This document shows positions 26,224 to 41,300 of a stretch of DNA of 64,000 nucleotides, piece by piece. Position numbers and translations under genes: made by a program. This DNA comes from Auanema rhodensis. Its lineage: Eukaryota > Animalia > Nematoda. The notes beneath the pieces are model-generated. The model saw only the letters and a program-made list of their open reading frames with translations, was not told the DNA's origin and did no database searches. The stretch's first letter is position 1; each line of letters opens with the position of its first letter. The stretch covers positions 3,596,001-3,660,000 of the forward strand of contig OZ059896.1 of assembly GCA_964057225.1 (NCBI GenBank), written 5' to 3'.

Positions 26224-29200
26224 AAGTGCACATCACGTGTACATTTAATTAGCATAAATTAAAGTTCACGTAAATTTCAAAGTCATGGTTACCATGAACC
26301 AATATCAATAAAAATTTGTTTTTAGACTAATATGGACATGGGGAATCTAATTTTGAAAACCGAATCTCTTTATCTTTCACGTGAAGCGAGTTACATACCT
26401 AGAGCACATCACGTGTACACTTAATTAGCATAAATTAAAGTTCACGTAAATTTCGAAGTCATGGTTACCATGCACCAATATTAATAAAAATTTGTTTTTA
26501 GACTAATTTGGACATGGGGATTCTAATTTTGAAAACCGCATCTCTTTATCTTTCACGTGAAGCGAGTTACATACCTAGTGCACATCACGTGTACATTTAA
26601 TTAGCATGAATTAAAGTTCACGTAAATTTCAAAGTCATGGTTTCCATGAACCAATATCAATAAAAATTTGTTTTTAGACTAATATGGACATGGGGAATCT
26701 AATTTTGAAAACCGAATCTCTTTATCTTTCACGTGAAGCGAGTTACATACCAAGTGCACATCACGTGTACATTTAATTAGCATAAATTAAAGTTCACGTA
26801 AATTTCAAAGTCATGGTTACCATGAACCAATATCAATAAAAATTTGTTTTTAGACTAATATGGACAAGGGGAATCTAATTTTGAAAACCGCATCTCTTTA
26901 TCTTTCACGTGAAGCGAGTTACATACCAAGTGCACATCACGTGTACATTTAATTAGCATAAATTAAAGTTCACGTAAATTTCAAAGTCATGGTTACCATG
27001 CACCAATATCAATAAAAATTTGTTTTTAGACTAATATGGACATGGGGAATCTAATTTTGAAAACCGCATCTCTTTATCTTTCACGTGAAGCGAGTTACAT
27101 ACCAAGTGCACATCACGTGTACATTTAATTAGCATAAAGTAAAGTTCACGTAAATTTCAAAGTCATGGTTACCATGCACCAATATCAATAAAAATTTGTT
27201 TTTAGACTAATATGGACATGGGGAATCTAATTTTGAAAATCGCATCTCTTTATCTTTCACGTGAAGCGAGTTACATACCAAGTGCACATCACGTGTACAT
27301 TTAATTAGCATAAATTAAAGTTCACGTAAATTTCAAAGTCATGGTTACCATGAACCAATATCAATAAAAATATGTTTTTAGACTAATATGGACATGGGGA
27401 ATCTAATTTTGAAAACCGCATCTCTTTATCTTTCACGTGAAGCGAGTTACATACCAAGTGCACATCACGTGTACATTTAATTAGCATAAATTAAAGTTCA
27501 CGTAAATTTCAAAGTCATGGTTACCATACACCAATATTAATAAAAATTTGTTTTTAGACTAATATGGACATGGGGAATCTAATTTTGAAAACCGCATCTC
27601 TTTATCTTTCACGTGAAGCGAGTTACATACCAAGTGCACATCACGTGTACATTTAATTAGCATAAATTAAAGTTCACGTAAATTTCAAAGTCATGGTTAC
27701 CATGAACCAATATCAATAAAAATTTGTTTTTAGACTAATATGGACATGGGGAATCTAATTTTGAAAACCGCATCTCTTTATCTTTCACGTGAAGCGAGTT
27801 ACATACCAAGTGCACATCACGTGTACATTTAATTAGCATAAATTAAAGTTCACGTAAATTTCAAAGTCATGGTTACCATGCACCAATATCAATAAAAATT
27901 TGTTTTTAGACTAATATGGACACGGAGAATCTAATTTTGAAAACCGCATCTCTTTATCTTTCACGTGAAGCGAGTTACATACCAAGTGCACATCACGTGT
28001 ACATTTAATTAGCATAAATTAAAGTTCACGTAAATTTCAAAGTCATGGTTACCAAGCACCAATATCAATAAAAATTTGTTTTTAGACTAATATGGACATG
28101 GGGAATCTAATTTTGAAAACCGCATCTCTTTATCTTTCACGTGAAGCGAGTTACATACCAAGTGCACATCACGTGTACACTTAATTAGCATAAATTAAAG
28201 TTCACGTAAATTTCAAAGTCATGGTTACCATGCACCAATATCAATAAAAATTTGTTTTTAGACTAATATGGACATGGGGAATCTAATTTTGAAAACCGCA
28301 TCTCTTTATCTTTCAAGTGAAGCGAGTTACATACCAAGTGCACATCACGTGTACATTTAATTAGCATAAATTAAAGTTCACGTAAATTTCAAAGTCATGG
28401 TTACCATGCACCAATATCAATAAAAATTTGTTTTTAGACTAATATGGACATGGGGAATCTAATTTTGAAAACCGCATCTCTTTATCTTTCACGTGAAGCG
28501 AGTTACATACCAAGTGCACATCACGTGTACATTTAATTAGCATAAATTAAAGTTCACGTAAATTTCAAAGTCATGGTTATCATGCACCAATATCAATAAA
28601 AATTTGTTTTTAGACTAATATGGACATGGGGAATCTAATTTTGAAAACCGCATCTCTTTATCTTTCACGTGAAGCGAGTTACATACCAAGTGCACATCAC
28701 GTGTACATTTAATTAGCATAAAGTAAAGTTCACGTAAATTTCAAAGTCATGGTTACCATGCACCAATATCAATAAAAATTTGTTTTTAGACTAATATGGA
28801 CATGGGGAATCTAATTTTGAAAATCGCATCTCTTTATCTTTCACGTGAAGCGAGTTACATACCAAGTGCACATCACGTGTACATTTAATTAGCATAAATT
28901 AAAGTTCACGTAAATTTCAAAGTCATGGTTACCATGAACCAATATCAATAAAAATTTGTTTTTAGACTAATATGGACATGGGGAATCTAATTTTGAAAAC
29001 CGCATCTCTTTATCTTTCACGTGAAGCGAGTTACATACCAAGTGCACATCACGTGTACATTTAATTAGCATAAATTAAAGTTCACGTAAATTTCAAAGTC
29101 ATGGTTACCATGCACCAATATTAATAAAAATTTGTTTTTAGACTAATATGGACATGGGGAATCTAATTTTGAAAACCGCATCTCTTTATCTTTCACGTGA

Positions 29201-29743
29201 AGCGAGTTACATACCAAGTGCACATCACGTGTACATTTAATTAGCATAAATTAAAGTTCACGTAAATTTCAAAGTCATGGTTACCATGAACCAATATCAA
29301 TAAAAATTTGTTTTTAGACTAATATGGACATGGGGAATCTAATTTTGAAAACCGCATCTCTTTATCTTTCAAGTGAAGCGAGTTACATACCAAGTGCACA
29401 TCACGTGTACATTTAATTAGCATAAATTAAAGTTCACGTAAATTTCAAAGTCATGGTTACCATGCACCAATATCAATAAAAATTTGTTTTTAGACTAATA
29501 TGGACATGGGGAATCTAATTTTGAAAACCGCATCTCTTTATCTTTCACGTGAAGCGAGTTACATACCAAGTGCACATCACGTGTACATTTAATTAGCATA
29601 AATTAAAGTTCACGTAAATTTCAAAGTCATGGTTACCATGCACCAATATCAATAAAAATTTGTTTTTAGACTAATATGGACATGGGGAATCTAATTTTGA
29701 AAACCGCATCTCTTTATCTTTCACGTGAAGCGAGTTACATACC

Positions 29744-32700
29744 AAGTGCACATCACGTGTACACTTAATTAGCATAAATTAAAGTTCACGTAAATTTCAA
29801 AGTCATGGTTACCATGCACCAATATCAATAAAAATTTGTTTTTAGACTAATATGGACATGGGGAATCTAATTTTGAAAACCGCATCTCTTTATCTTTCAC
29901 GTGAAGCGAGTTACATACCAAGTGCACATCACGTGTACATTTAATTAGCATAAAGTAAAGTTCACGTAAATTTCAAAGTCATGGTTACCATGCACCAACA
30001 TCAATAACAATTTGTTTTTAGACTAATATGGACATGGGGAATCTAATTTTGAAAATCGCATCTCTTTATCTTTCACGTGAAGCGAGTTACATACCAAGTG
30101 CACATCACGTGTACATTTAATTAGCATAAATTAAAGTTCACGTAAATTTCAAAGTCATGGTTACCATGAACCAATATCAATAAAAATTTGTTTTTAGACT
30201 AATATGGACATAGGGAATCTAATTTTGAAAACCGCATCTCTTTATCTTTCAAGTGAAGCGAGTTACATACCAAGTGCACATCACGTGTACATTTAATTAG
30301 CATAAATTAAAGTTCACGTAAATTTCAAAGTCATGGTTACCATGCACCAATATCAATAAAAATTTGTTTTTAGACTAATATGGACATGGGGAATCTAATT
30401 TTGAAAACCGCATCTCTTTATCTTTCACGTGAAGCGAGTTACATACCAAGTGCACATCACGTGTACACTTAATTAGCATAAATTAAAGTTCACGTAAATT
30501 TCAAAGTCATGGTTACCATGCACCAATATCAATAAAAATTTGTTTTTAGACTAATATGGACATGGGGAATCTAATTTTGAAAACCGCATCTCTTTATCTT
30601 TCACGTGAAGCGAGTTACATACCAAGTGCACATCACGTGTACATTTAATTAGCATAAAGTAAAGTTCACGTAAATTTCAAAGTCATGGTTACCATGCACC
30701 AATATCAATAAAAATTTGTTTTTAGACTAATATGGACATGGGGAATCTAATTTTGAAAATCGCATCTCTTTATCTTTCACGTGAAGCGAGTTACATACCA
30801 AGTGCACATCACGTGTACATTTAATTAGCATAAATTAAAGTTCACGTAAATTTCAAAGTCATGGTTACCATGAACCAATATCAATAAAAATTTGTTTTTA
30901 GACTAATATGGACATAGGGAATCTAATTTTGAAAACCGCATCTCTTTATCTTTCACGTGAAGCGAGTTACATACCAAGTGCACATCACGTGTACATTTAA
31001 TTAGCATAAATTAAAGTTCACGTAAATTTCAAAGTCATAGTTACCATGCACCAATATTAATAAAAATTTGTTTTTAGACTAATATGGACATGGGGAATCT
31101 AATTTTGAAAACCGCATCTCTTTATCTTTCACGTGAAGCGAGTTACATACCAAGTGCACATCACGTGTACATTTAATTAGCATAAATTAAAGTTCACGTA
31201 AATTTCAAAGTCATGGTTACCATGAACCAATTTCAATAAAAATTTGTTTTTAGACTAATATGGACATGGGGAATCTAATTTTGAAAACCGCATCTCTTTA
31301 TCTTTCACGTGAAGCGAGTTACATACCAAGTGCACATCACGTGTACATTTAATTAGCATAAATTAAAGTTCACGTAAATTTCAAAGTCATGGTTACCATG
31401 CACCAATATCAATAAAAATTTGTTTTTAGACTAATATGGACACGGAGAATCTAATTTTGAAAACCGCATCTCTTTATCTTTCACGTGAAGCGAGTTACAT
31501 ACCAAGTGCACATCACGTGTACATTTAATTAGCATAAATTAAAGTTCACGTAAATTTCAAAGTCATGGTTACCATGCACCAATATCAATAAAAATTTGTT
31601 TTTAGACTAATATGGACATGGGGAATATAATTTTGAAAACCGCATCTCTTTATCTTTCACGTGAAGCGAGTTACATACCAAGTGCACATCACGTGTACAC
31701 TTAATTAGCATAAATTAAAGTTCACGTAAATTTCAAAGTCATGGTTACCATGCACCAATATTAATAAAAATTTGTTTTTAGACTAATATGGACATGGGGA
31801 ATCTAATTTTGAAAACCGCATCTCTTTATCTTTCACGTGAAGCGAGTTACATACCAAGTGCACATCACGTGTACATTTAATTAGCATAAATTAAAGTTCA
31901 CGTAAATTTCAAAGTCATGGTTACCATGAACCAATTTCAATAAAAATTTGTTTTTAGACTAATATGGACATGGGGAATCTAATTTTGAAAACCGCATCTC
32001 TTTATCTTTCACGTGAAGCGAGTTACATACCAAGTGCACATCACGTGTACACTTAATTAGCATAAATTAAAGTTCACGTAAATTTCAAAGTCATGGTTAC
32101 CATGCACCAATATTAATAAAAATTTGTTTTTAGACTAATATGGACATGGGGAATCTAATTTTGAAAACCGCATCTCTTTATCTTTCACGTGAAGCGAGTT
32201 ACATACCAAGTGCACATCACGTGTACACTTAATTAGCATAAATTAAAGTTCACGTAAATTTCAAAGTCATGGTTACCATGCACCAATATCAATAAAAATT
32301 TGTTTTTAGACTAATATGGACATGGGGAATCTAATTTTGAAAACCGCATCTCTTTATCTTTCACGTGAAGCGAGTTACATACCAAGTGCACATCACGTGT
32401 ACATTTAATTAGCATAAAGTAAAGTTCACGTAAATTTCAAAGTCATGGTTACCATGCACCAACATCAATAACAATTTGTTTTTAGACTAATATGGACATG
32501 GGGAATCTAATTTTGAAAATCGCATCTCTTTATCTTTCACGTGAAGCGAGTTACATACCAAGTGCACATCACGTGTACATTTAATTAGCATAAATTAAAG
32601 TTCACGTAAATTTCAAAGTCATGGTTACCATGAACCAATATCAATAAAAATTTGTTTTTAGACTAATATGGACATAGGGAATCTAATTTTGAAAACCGCA

Positions 32701-34495
32701 TCTCTTTATCTTTCAAGTGAAGCGAGTTACATACCAAGTGCACATCACGTGTACATTTAATTAGCATAAATTAAAGTTCACGTAAATTTCAAAGTCATGG
32801 TTACCATGCACCAATATCAATAAAAATTTGTTTTTAGACTAATATGGACATGGGGAATCTAATTTTGAAAACCGCATCTCTTTATCTTTCACGTGAAGCG
32901 AGTTACATACCAAGTGCACATCACGTGTACACTTAATTAGCATAAATTAAAGTTCACGTAAATTTCAAAGTCATGGTTACCATGCACCAATATCAATAAA
33001 AATTTGTTTTTAGACTAATATGGACATGGGGAATCTAATTTTGAAAACCGCATCTCTTTATCTTTCACGTGAAGCGAGTTACATACCAAGTGCACATCAC
33101 GTGTACATTTAATTAGCATAAAGTAAAGTTCACGTAAATTTCAAAGTCATGGTTACCATGCACCAATATCAATAAAAATTTGTTTTTAGACTAATATGGA
33201 CATGGGGAATCTAATTTTGAAAATCGCATCTCTTTATCTTTCACGTGAAGCGAGTTACATACCAAGTGCACATCACGTGTACATTTAATTAGCATAAATT
33301 AAAGTTCACGTAAATTTCAAAGTCATGGTTACCATGAACCAATATCAATAAAAATTTGTTTTTAGACTAATATGGACATAGGGAATCTAATTTTGAAAAC
33401 CGCATCTCTTTATCTTTCACGTGAAGCGAGTTACATACCAAGTGCACATCACGTGTACATTTAATTAGCATAAATTAAAGTTCACGTAAATTTCAAAGTC
33501 ATAGTTACCATGCACCAATATTAATAAAAATTTGTTTTTAGACTAATATGGACATGGGGAATCTAATTTTGAAAACCGCATCTCTTTATCTTTCACGTGA
33601 AGCGAGTTACATACCAAGTGCACATCACGTGTACATTTAATTAGCATAAATTAAAGTTCACGTAAATTTCAAAGTCATGGTTACCATGAACCAATTTCAA
33701 TAAAAATTTGTTTTTAGACTAATATGGACATGGGGAATCTAATTTTGAAAACCGCATCTCTTTATCTTTCACGTGAAGCGAGTTACATACCAAGTGCACA
33801 TCACGTGTACATTTAATTAGCATAAATTAAAGTTCACGTAAATTTCAAAGTCATGGTTACCATGCACCAATATCAATAAAAATTTGTTTTTAGACTAATA
33901 TGGACACGGAGAATCTAATTTTGAAAACCGCATCTCTTTATCTTTCACGTGAAGCGAGTTACATACCAAGTGCACATCACGTGTACATTTAATTAGCATA
34001 AATTAAAGTTCACGTAAATTTCAAAGTCATGGTTACCATGCACCAATATCAATAAAAATTTGTTTTTAGACTAATATGGACATGGGGAATATAATTTTGA
34101 AAACCGCATCTCTTTATCTTTCACGTGAAGCGAGTTACATACCAAGTGCACATCACGTGTACACTTAATTAGCATAAATTAAAGTTCACGTAAATTTCAA
34201 AGTCATGGTTACCATGCACCAATATTAATAAAAATTTGTTTTTAGACTAATATGGACATGGGGAATCTAATTTTGAAAACCGCATCTCTTTATCTTTCAC
34301 GTGAAGCGAGTTACATACCAAGTGCACATCACGTGTACATTTAATTAGCATAAATTAAAGTTCACGTAAATTTCAAAGTCATGGTTACCATGAACCAATT
34401 TCAATAAAAATTTGTTTTTAGACTAATATGGACATGGGGAATCTAATTTTGAAAACCGCATCTCTTTATCTTTCACGTGAAGCGAGTTACATACC
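29744..34495 (+). repeat. Local HOR: 14-monomer period (2464 bp), about 1.9 copies
   Basis: T80C+A88C monomer at 29920 and 32384; G64A (CATAGTT) monomer at 30976 and 33440; G117A, A81T and C124A markers in the same order. Confidence 0.9.
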
Positions 34496-35375
34496 AAGTG
34501 CACATCACGTGTACATTTAATTAGCATAAATTAAAGTTCACGTAAATTTCAAAGTCATGGTTACCATGAACCAATTTCAATAAAAATTTGTTTTTAGACT
34601 AATATGGACATGGGGAATCTAATTTTGAAAACCGCATCTCTTTATCTTTCACGTGAAGCGAGTTACATACCAAGTGCACATCACGTGTACATTTAATTAG
34701 CATAAATTAAAGTTCACGTAAATTTCAAAGTCATGGTTACCATGCACCAATATCAATAAAAATTTGTTTTTAGACTAATATGGACACGGAGAATCTAATT
34801 TTGAAAACCGCATCTCTTTATCTTTCACGTGAAGCGAGTTACATACCAAGTGCACATCACGTGTACATTTAATTAGCATAAATTAAAGTTCACGTAAATT
34901 TCAAAGTCATGGTTACCATGCACCAATATCAATAAAAATTTGTTTTTAGACTAATATGGACATGGGGAATATAATTTTGAAAACCGCATCTCTTTATCTT
35001 TCACGTGAAGCGAGTTACATACCAAGTGCACATCACGTGTACACTTAATTAGCATAAATTAAAGTTCACGTAAATTTCAAAGTCATGGTTACCATGCACC
35101 AATATTAATAAAAATTTGTTTTTAGACTAATATGGACATGGGGAATCTAATTTTGAAAACCGCATCTCTTTATCTTTCACGTGAAGCGAGTTACATACCA
35201 AGTGCACATCACGTGTACATTTAATTAGCATAAATTAAAGTTCACGTAAATTTCAAAGTCATGGTTACCATGAACCAATTTCAATAAAAATTTGTTTTTA
35301 GACTAATATGGACATGGGGAATCTAATTTTGAAAACCGCATCTCTTTATCTTTCACGTGAAGCGAGTTACATACC
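33616..35375 (+). repeat. 5-monomer block (880 bp) x2
   Basis: Order [A81T],[T116C+G119A],[C124A],[T21C+C83T],[A81T] at 33616 and again at 34496. Confidence 0.82.
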
Positions 35376-38300
35376 AAGTGCACATCACGTGTACATTTAA
35401 TTAGCATAAATTAAAGTTCACGTAAATTTCAAAGTCATGGTTACCATGCACCAATATCAATAAAAATTTGTTTTTAGACTAATATGGACATGGGGAATAT
35501 AATTTTGAAAACCGCATCTCTTTATCTTTCACGTGAAGCGAGTTACATACCAAGTGCACATCACGTGTACATTTAATTAGCATAAATTAAAGTTCACGTA
35601 AATTTCAAAGTCATGGTTACCATGCACCAATATCAATAAAAATTTGTTTTTAGACTAATATGGACATGGGGAATCTAATTTTGAAAACCGCATCTCTTTA
35701 TCTTTCACGTGAAGCGAGTTACATACCAAGTGCACATCACGTGTACACTTAATTAGCATAAATTAAAGTTCACGTAAATTTCAAAGTCATGGTTACCATG
35801 CACCAATATCAATAAAAATTTGTTTTTAGACTAATATGGACATGGGGAATCTAATTTTGAAAACCGCATCTCTTTATCTTTCACGTGAAGCGAGTTACAT
35901 ACCAAGTGCACATCACGTGTACATTTAATTAGCATAAAGTAAAGTTCACGTAAATTTCAAAGTCATGGTTACCATGCACCAATATCAATAACAATTTGTT
36001 TTTAGACTAATATGGACATGGGGAATCTAATTTTGAAAATCGCATCTCTTTATCTTTCACGTGAAGCGAGTTACATACCAAGTGCACATCACGTGTACAT
36101 TTAATTAGCATAAATTAAAGTTCACGTAAATTTCAAAGTCATGGTTACCATGAACCAATATCAATAAAAATTTGTTTTTAGACTAATATGGACATAGGGA
36201 ATCTAATTTTGAAAACCGCATCTCTTTATCTTTCAAGTGAAGCGAGTTACATACCAAGTGCACATCACGTGTACATTTAATTAGCATAAATTAAAGTTCA
36301 CGTAAATTTCAAAGTCATGGTTACCATGCACCAATATCAATAAAAATTTGTTTTTAGACTAATATGGACATGGGGAATCTAATTTTGAAAACCGCATCTC
36401 TTTATCTTTCACGTGAAGCGAGTTACATACCAAGTGCACATCACGTGTACACTTAATTAGCATAAATTAAAGTTCACGTAAATTTCAAAGTCATGGTTAC
36501 CATGCACCAATATCAATAAAAATTTGTTTTTAGACTAATATGGACATGGGGAATCTAATTTTGAAAACCGCATCTCTTTATCTTTCACGTGAAGCGAGTT
36601 ACATACCAAGTGCACATCACGTGTACATTTAATTAGCATAAAGTAAAGTTCACGTAAATTTCAAAGTCATGGTTACCATGCACCAATATCAATAAAAATT
36701 TGTTTTTAGACTAATATGGACATGGGGAATATAATTTTGAAAACCGCATCTCTTTATCTTTCACGTGAAGCGAGTTACATATCAAGTGCACATCACGTGT
36801 ACACTTAATTAGCATAAATTAAAGTTCACGTAAATTTCAAAGTCATGGTTACCATGCACCAATATTAATAAAAATTTGTTTTTAGACTAATATGGACATG
36901 GGGAATCTAATTTTGAAAACCGCATCTCTTTATCTTTCACGTGAAGCGAGTTACATACCAAGTGCACATCACGTGTACATTTAATTAGCATAAATTAAAG
37001 TTCACGTAAATTTCAAAGTCATGGTTACCATGAACCAATTTCAATAAAAATTTGTTTTTAGACTAATATGGACATGGGGAATCTAATTTTGAAAACCGCA
37101 TCTCTTTATCTTTCACGTGAAGCGAGTTACATACCAAGTGCACATCACGTGTACATTTAATTAGCATAAATTAAAGTTCACGTAAATTTCAAAGTCATGG
37201 TTACCATGCACCAATATCAATAAAAATTTGTTTTTAGACTAATATGGACACGGAGAATCTAATTTTGAAAACCGCATCTCTTTATCTTTCACGTGAAGCG
37301 AGTTACATACCAAGTGCACATCACGTGTACATTTAATTAGCATAAATTAAAGTTCACGTAAATTTCAAAGTCATGGTTACCATGCACCAATATCAATAAA
37401 AATTTGTTTTTAGACTAATATGGACATGGGGAATATAATTTTGAAAACCGCATCTCTTTATCTTTCACGTGAAGCGAGTTACATACCAAGTGCACATCAC
37501 GTGTACACTTAATTAGCATAAATTAAAGTTCACGTAAATTTCAAAGTCATGGTTACCATGCACCAATATCAATAAAAATTTGTTTTTAGACTAATATGGA
37601 CATGGGGAATCTAATTTTGAAAACCGCATCTCTTTATCTTTCACGTGAAGCGAGTTACATACCAAGTGCACATCACGTGTACATTTAATTAGCATAAATT
37701 AAAGTTCACGTAAATTTCAAAGTCATGGTTACCATGCACCAATATCAATAAAAATTTGTTTTTAGACTAATATGGACATGGGGAATCTAATTTTGAAAAC
37801 CGCATCTCTTTATCTTTCAAGTGAAGCGAGTTACATACCAAGTGCACATCACGTGTACATTTAATTAGCATAAATTAAAGTTCACGTAAATTTCAAAGTC
37901 ATGGTTACCATGCACCAATATCAATAAAAATTTGTTTTTAGACTAATATGAACATGGGGAATCTAATTTTGGAAACCGCATCTCTTTATCTTTCACGTGA
38001 AGCGAGTTACATACCAAGTGCACATAACGTGTACATTTAATTAGCATAAATTAAAGTTCACGTAAATTTCAAAGTCATGGTTACCATGAACCAATATCAA
38101 TAAAAATTTGTTTTCAGACTAATTTGGACATGGGGAATCTAATTTTGAAAACCGCATCTCTTTATCTTTCAAGTGAAGCGAGTTACATACCAAGTGCACA
38201 TCACGTGTACATTTAATTAGCATAAATTAAAGTTCACGTAAATTTCAAAGTCATGGTTACCATGCACCAATATTAATAAAAATTTGTTTTTAGACTAATA

Positions 38301-41300
38301 TGGACATGAGGAATCTAATTTTGAAAATCGCATCTCTTTATCTTTCACGTGAAGCGAGTTACATACCAAGTGCACATCACGTGTACATTTAATTAGCATA
38401 AATTAAAGTTCACGTAAATTTCAAAGTCATGGTTACCATGAACCAATATCAATAAAAATTTGTTTTTAGACTAATATGGACATGAGGAATCTAATTTTGA
38501 AAACCGCATCTCTTTATCTTTCACGTGAAGCGAGTTACATACCAAGTGCACATCACGTGTACATTTAATTAGCATAAAGTAAAGTTCACGTAAATTTCAA
38601 AGTCATGGTTACCATGAACCAATATCAATAAAAATTTGTTTTCAGACTAATTTGGACATGGGGAATCTAATTTTGAAAACCGCATCTCTTTATCTTTCAA
38701 GTGAAGCGAGTTACATACCAAGTGCACATAACGTGTACATTTAATTAGCATAAATTAAAGTTCACGTAAATTTCAAAGTCATGGTTACCATGAACCAATA
38801 TCAATAAAAATTTGTTTTCAGACTAATATGGACATGAGGAATCTAATTTTGAAAACCGCATCTCTTTATCTTTCAAGTGAAGCGAGTTACATACCAAGTG
38901 CACATCACGTGTACATTTAATTAGCATAAATTAAAGTTCACGTAAATTTCAAAGTCATCGTTACCATGCACCAATATTAATAAAAATTTGTTTTTAGACT
39001 AATATGGACATGAGGAATCTAATTTTGAAAATCGCATCTCTTTATCTTTCACGTGAAGCGAGTTACATACCAAGTGCACATCACGTGTACATTTAATTAG
39101 CATAAATTAAAGTTCACGTAAATTTCAAAGTCATGGTTACCATGAACCAATATCAATAAAAATTTGTTTTTAGACTAATATGGACATGAGGAATCTAATT
39201 TTGAAAACCGCATCTCTTTATCTTTCACGTGAAGCGAGTTACATACCAAGTGCACATCACGTGTACATTTAATTAGCATAAAGTAAAGTTCACGTAAATT
39301 TCAAAGTCATGGTTACCATGAACCAATATCAATAAAAATTTGTTTTTAGACTAATATGGACATGGGGAATCTAATTTTGAAAACCGCATCTCTTTATCTT
39401 TCACGTGTAGCGAGTTACATACCAAGTGCACATCACGTGTACATTTAATTAGCATAAATTAAAGTTCACGTAAATTTCAAAGTCATGGTTACCATGCACC
39501 AATATTAATAAAAAATTGTTTTTAGACTAATATGGACATGGGGAATCTAATTTTGGAAATCGCATCTCTTTATCTTTCACGTGAAGCGAGTTACATACCA
39601 AGTGCACATCACGTGTACATTTAATTAGCATAAATTAAAGTTCACGTAAATTTCAAAGTCATGGTTACCATGAACCAATATCAATAAAAATTTGTTTTTA
39701 GACTAATATGGACATGGGGAATCTAATTTTGAAAACCGCATCTCTTTATCTTTCAAGTGAAGCGAGTTACATACCAAGTGCACATCACGTGTACATTTAA
39801 TTAGCATAAATTAAAGTTCACGTAAATTTCAAAGTCATGGTTACCATGAACCAATATCAATAAAAATTTGTTTTCAGACTAATTTGGACATGGGGAATCT
39901 AATTTTGAAAACCGCATCTCTTTATCTTTCAAGTGAAGCGAGTTACATACCAAGTGCACATCACGTGTACATTTAATTAGCATAAATTAAAGTTCACGTA
40001 AACTTCAAAGTCATGGTTACCATGCACCAATATTAATAAAAATTTGTTTTTAGACTAATATGGACATGAGGAATCTAATTTTGAAAATCGCATCTCTTTA
40101 TCTTTCACGTGAAGCGAGTTACATACCAAGTGCACATCACGTGTACATTTAATTAGCATAAATTAAAGTTCACGTAAATTTCAAAGTCATGGTTACCATG
40201 CACCAATATCAATAAAAATTTGTTTTTAGACTAATATGGACATGGGGAATCTAATTTTGAAAACCGCATCTCTTTATCTTTCACGTGAAGCGAGTTACAT
40301 ACCAAGTGCACATCACGTGTACATTTAATTAGCATAAATTAAAGTTCACGTAAATTTCAAAGTCATGGTTACCATGAACCAATATCAATAAAAATTTGTT
40401 TTTAGACTAATATGGACATGGGGAATCTAATTTTGAAAACCGCATCTCTTTATCTTTCAAGTGAAGCGAGTTACATACCAAGTGCACATCACGTGTACAT
40501 TTAATTAGCATAAATTAAAGTTCACGTAAACTTCAAAGTCATGGTTACCATGCACCAATATTAATAAAAATTTGTTTTTAGACTAATATGGACATGAGGA
40601 ATCTAATTTTGAAAATCGCATCTCTTTATCTTTCACGTGAAGCGAGTTACATACCAAGTGCACATCACGTGTACATTTAATTAGCATAAATTAAAGTTCA
40701 CGTAAATTTCAAAGTCATGGTTACCATGAACCAATATCAATAAAAATTTGTTTTTAGACTAATATGGACATGGGGAATCTAATTTTGAAAACCGCATCTC
40801 TTTATCTTTCACGTGAAGCGAGTTACATACCAAGTGCACATCACGTGTACATTTAATTAGCAAAAAGTAAAGTTCACGTAAATTTCAAAGTCATGGTTAC
40901 CATGCACCAATATCAATAAAAATTTGTTTTTAGACTAATATGGACATGGGGAATCTAATTTTGAAAATCGCATCTCTTTATCTTTCACGTGAAGCGAGTT
41001 ACATACCAAGTGCACATCACGTGTACATTTAATTAGCATAAATTAAAGTTCACGTAAATTTCAAAGTCATGGTTACCATGAACCAATATCAATAAAAATT
41101 TGTTTTTAGACTAATATGGACATGGGGAATCTAATTTTGAAAACCGCATCTCTTTATCTTTCACGTGAAGCGAGTTACATACCAAGTGCACATCACGTGT
41201 ACATTTAATTAGCATAAATTAAAGTTCACGTAAATTTCAAAGTCATGGTTACCATGCACCAATATTAATAAAAATTTGTTTTTAGACTAATATGGACATG

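Larger units (their letters stand above)
15488..26751 (+). repeat. Divergent satellite subfamily domain (about 64 monomers)
   Basis: Enriched in A1T (CCTAGT), CC175-176TA (ATATAAAG), G102A (TAAACT), A122T (GATTCT), T4A, C140A and A45G+C61G. Lacks the T36G and G118A markers common elsewhere. Confidence 0.88.
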
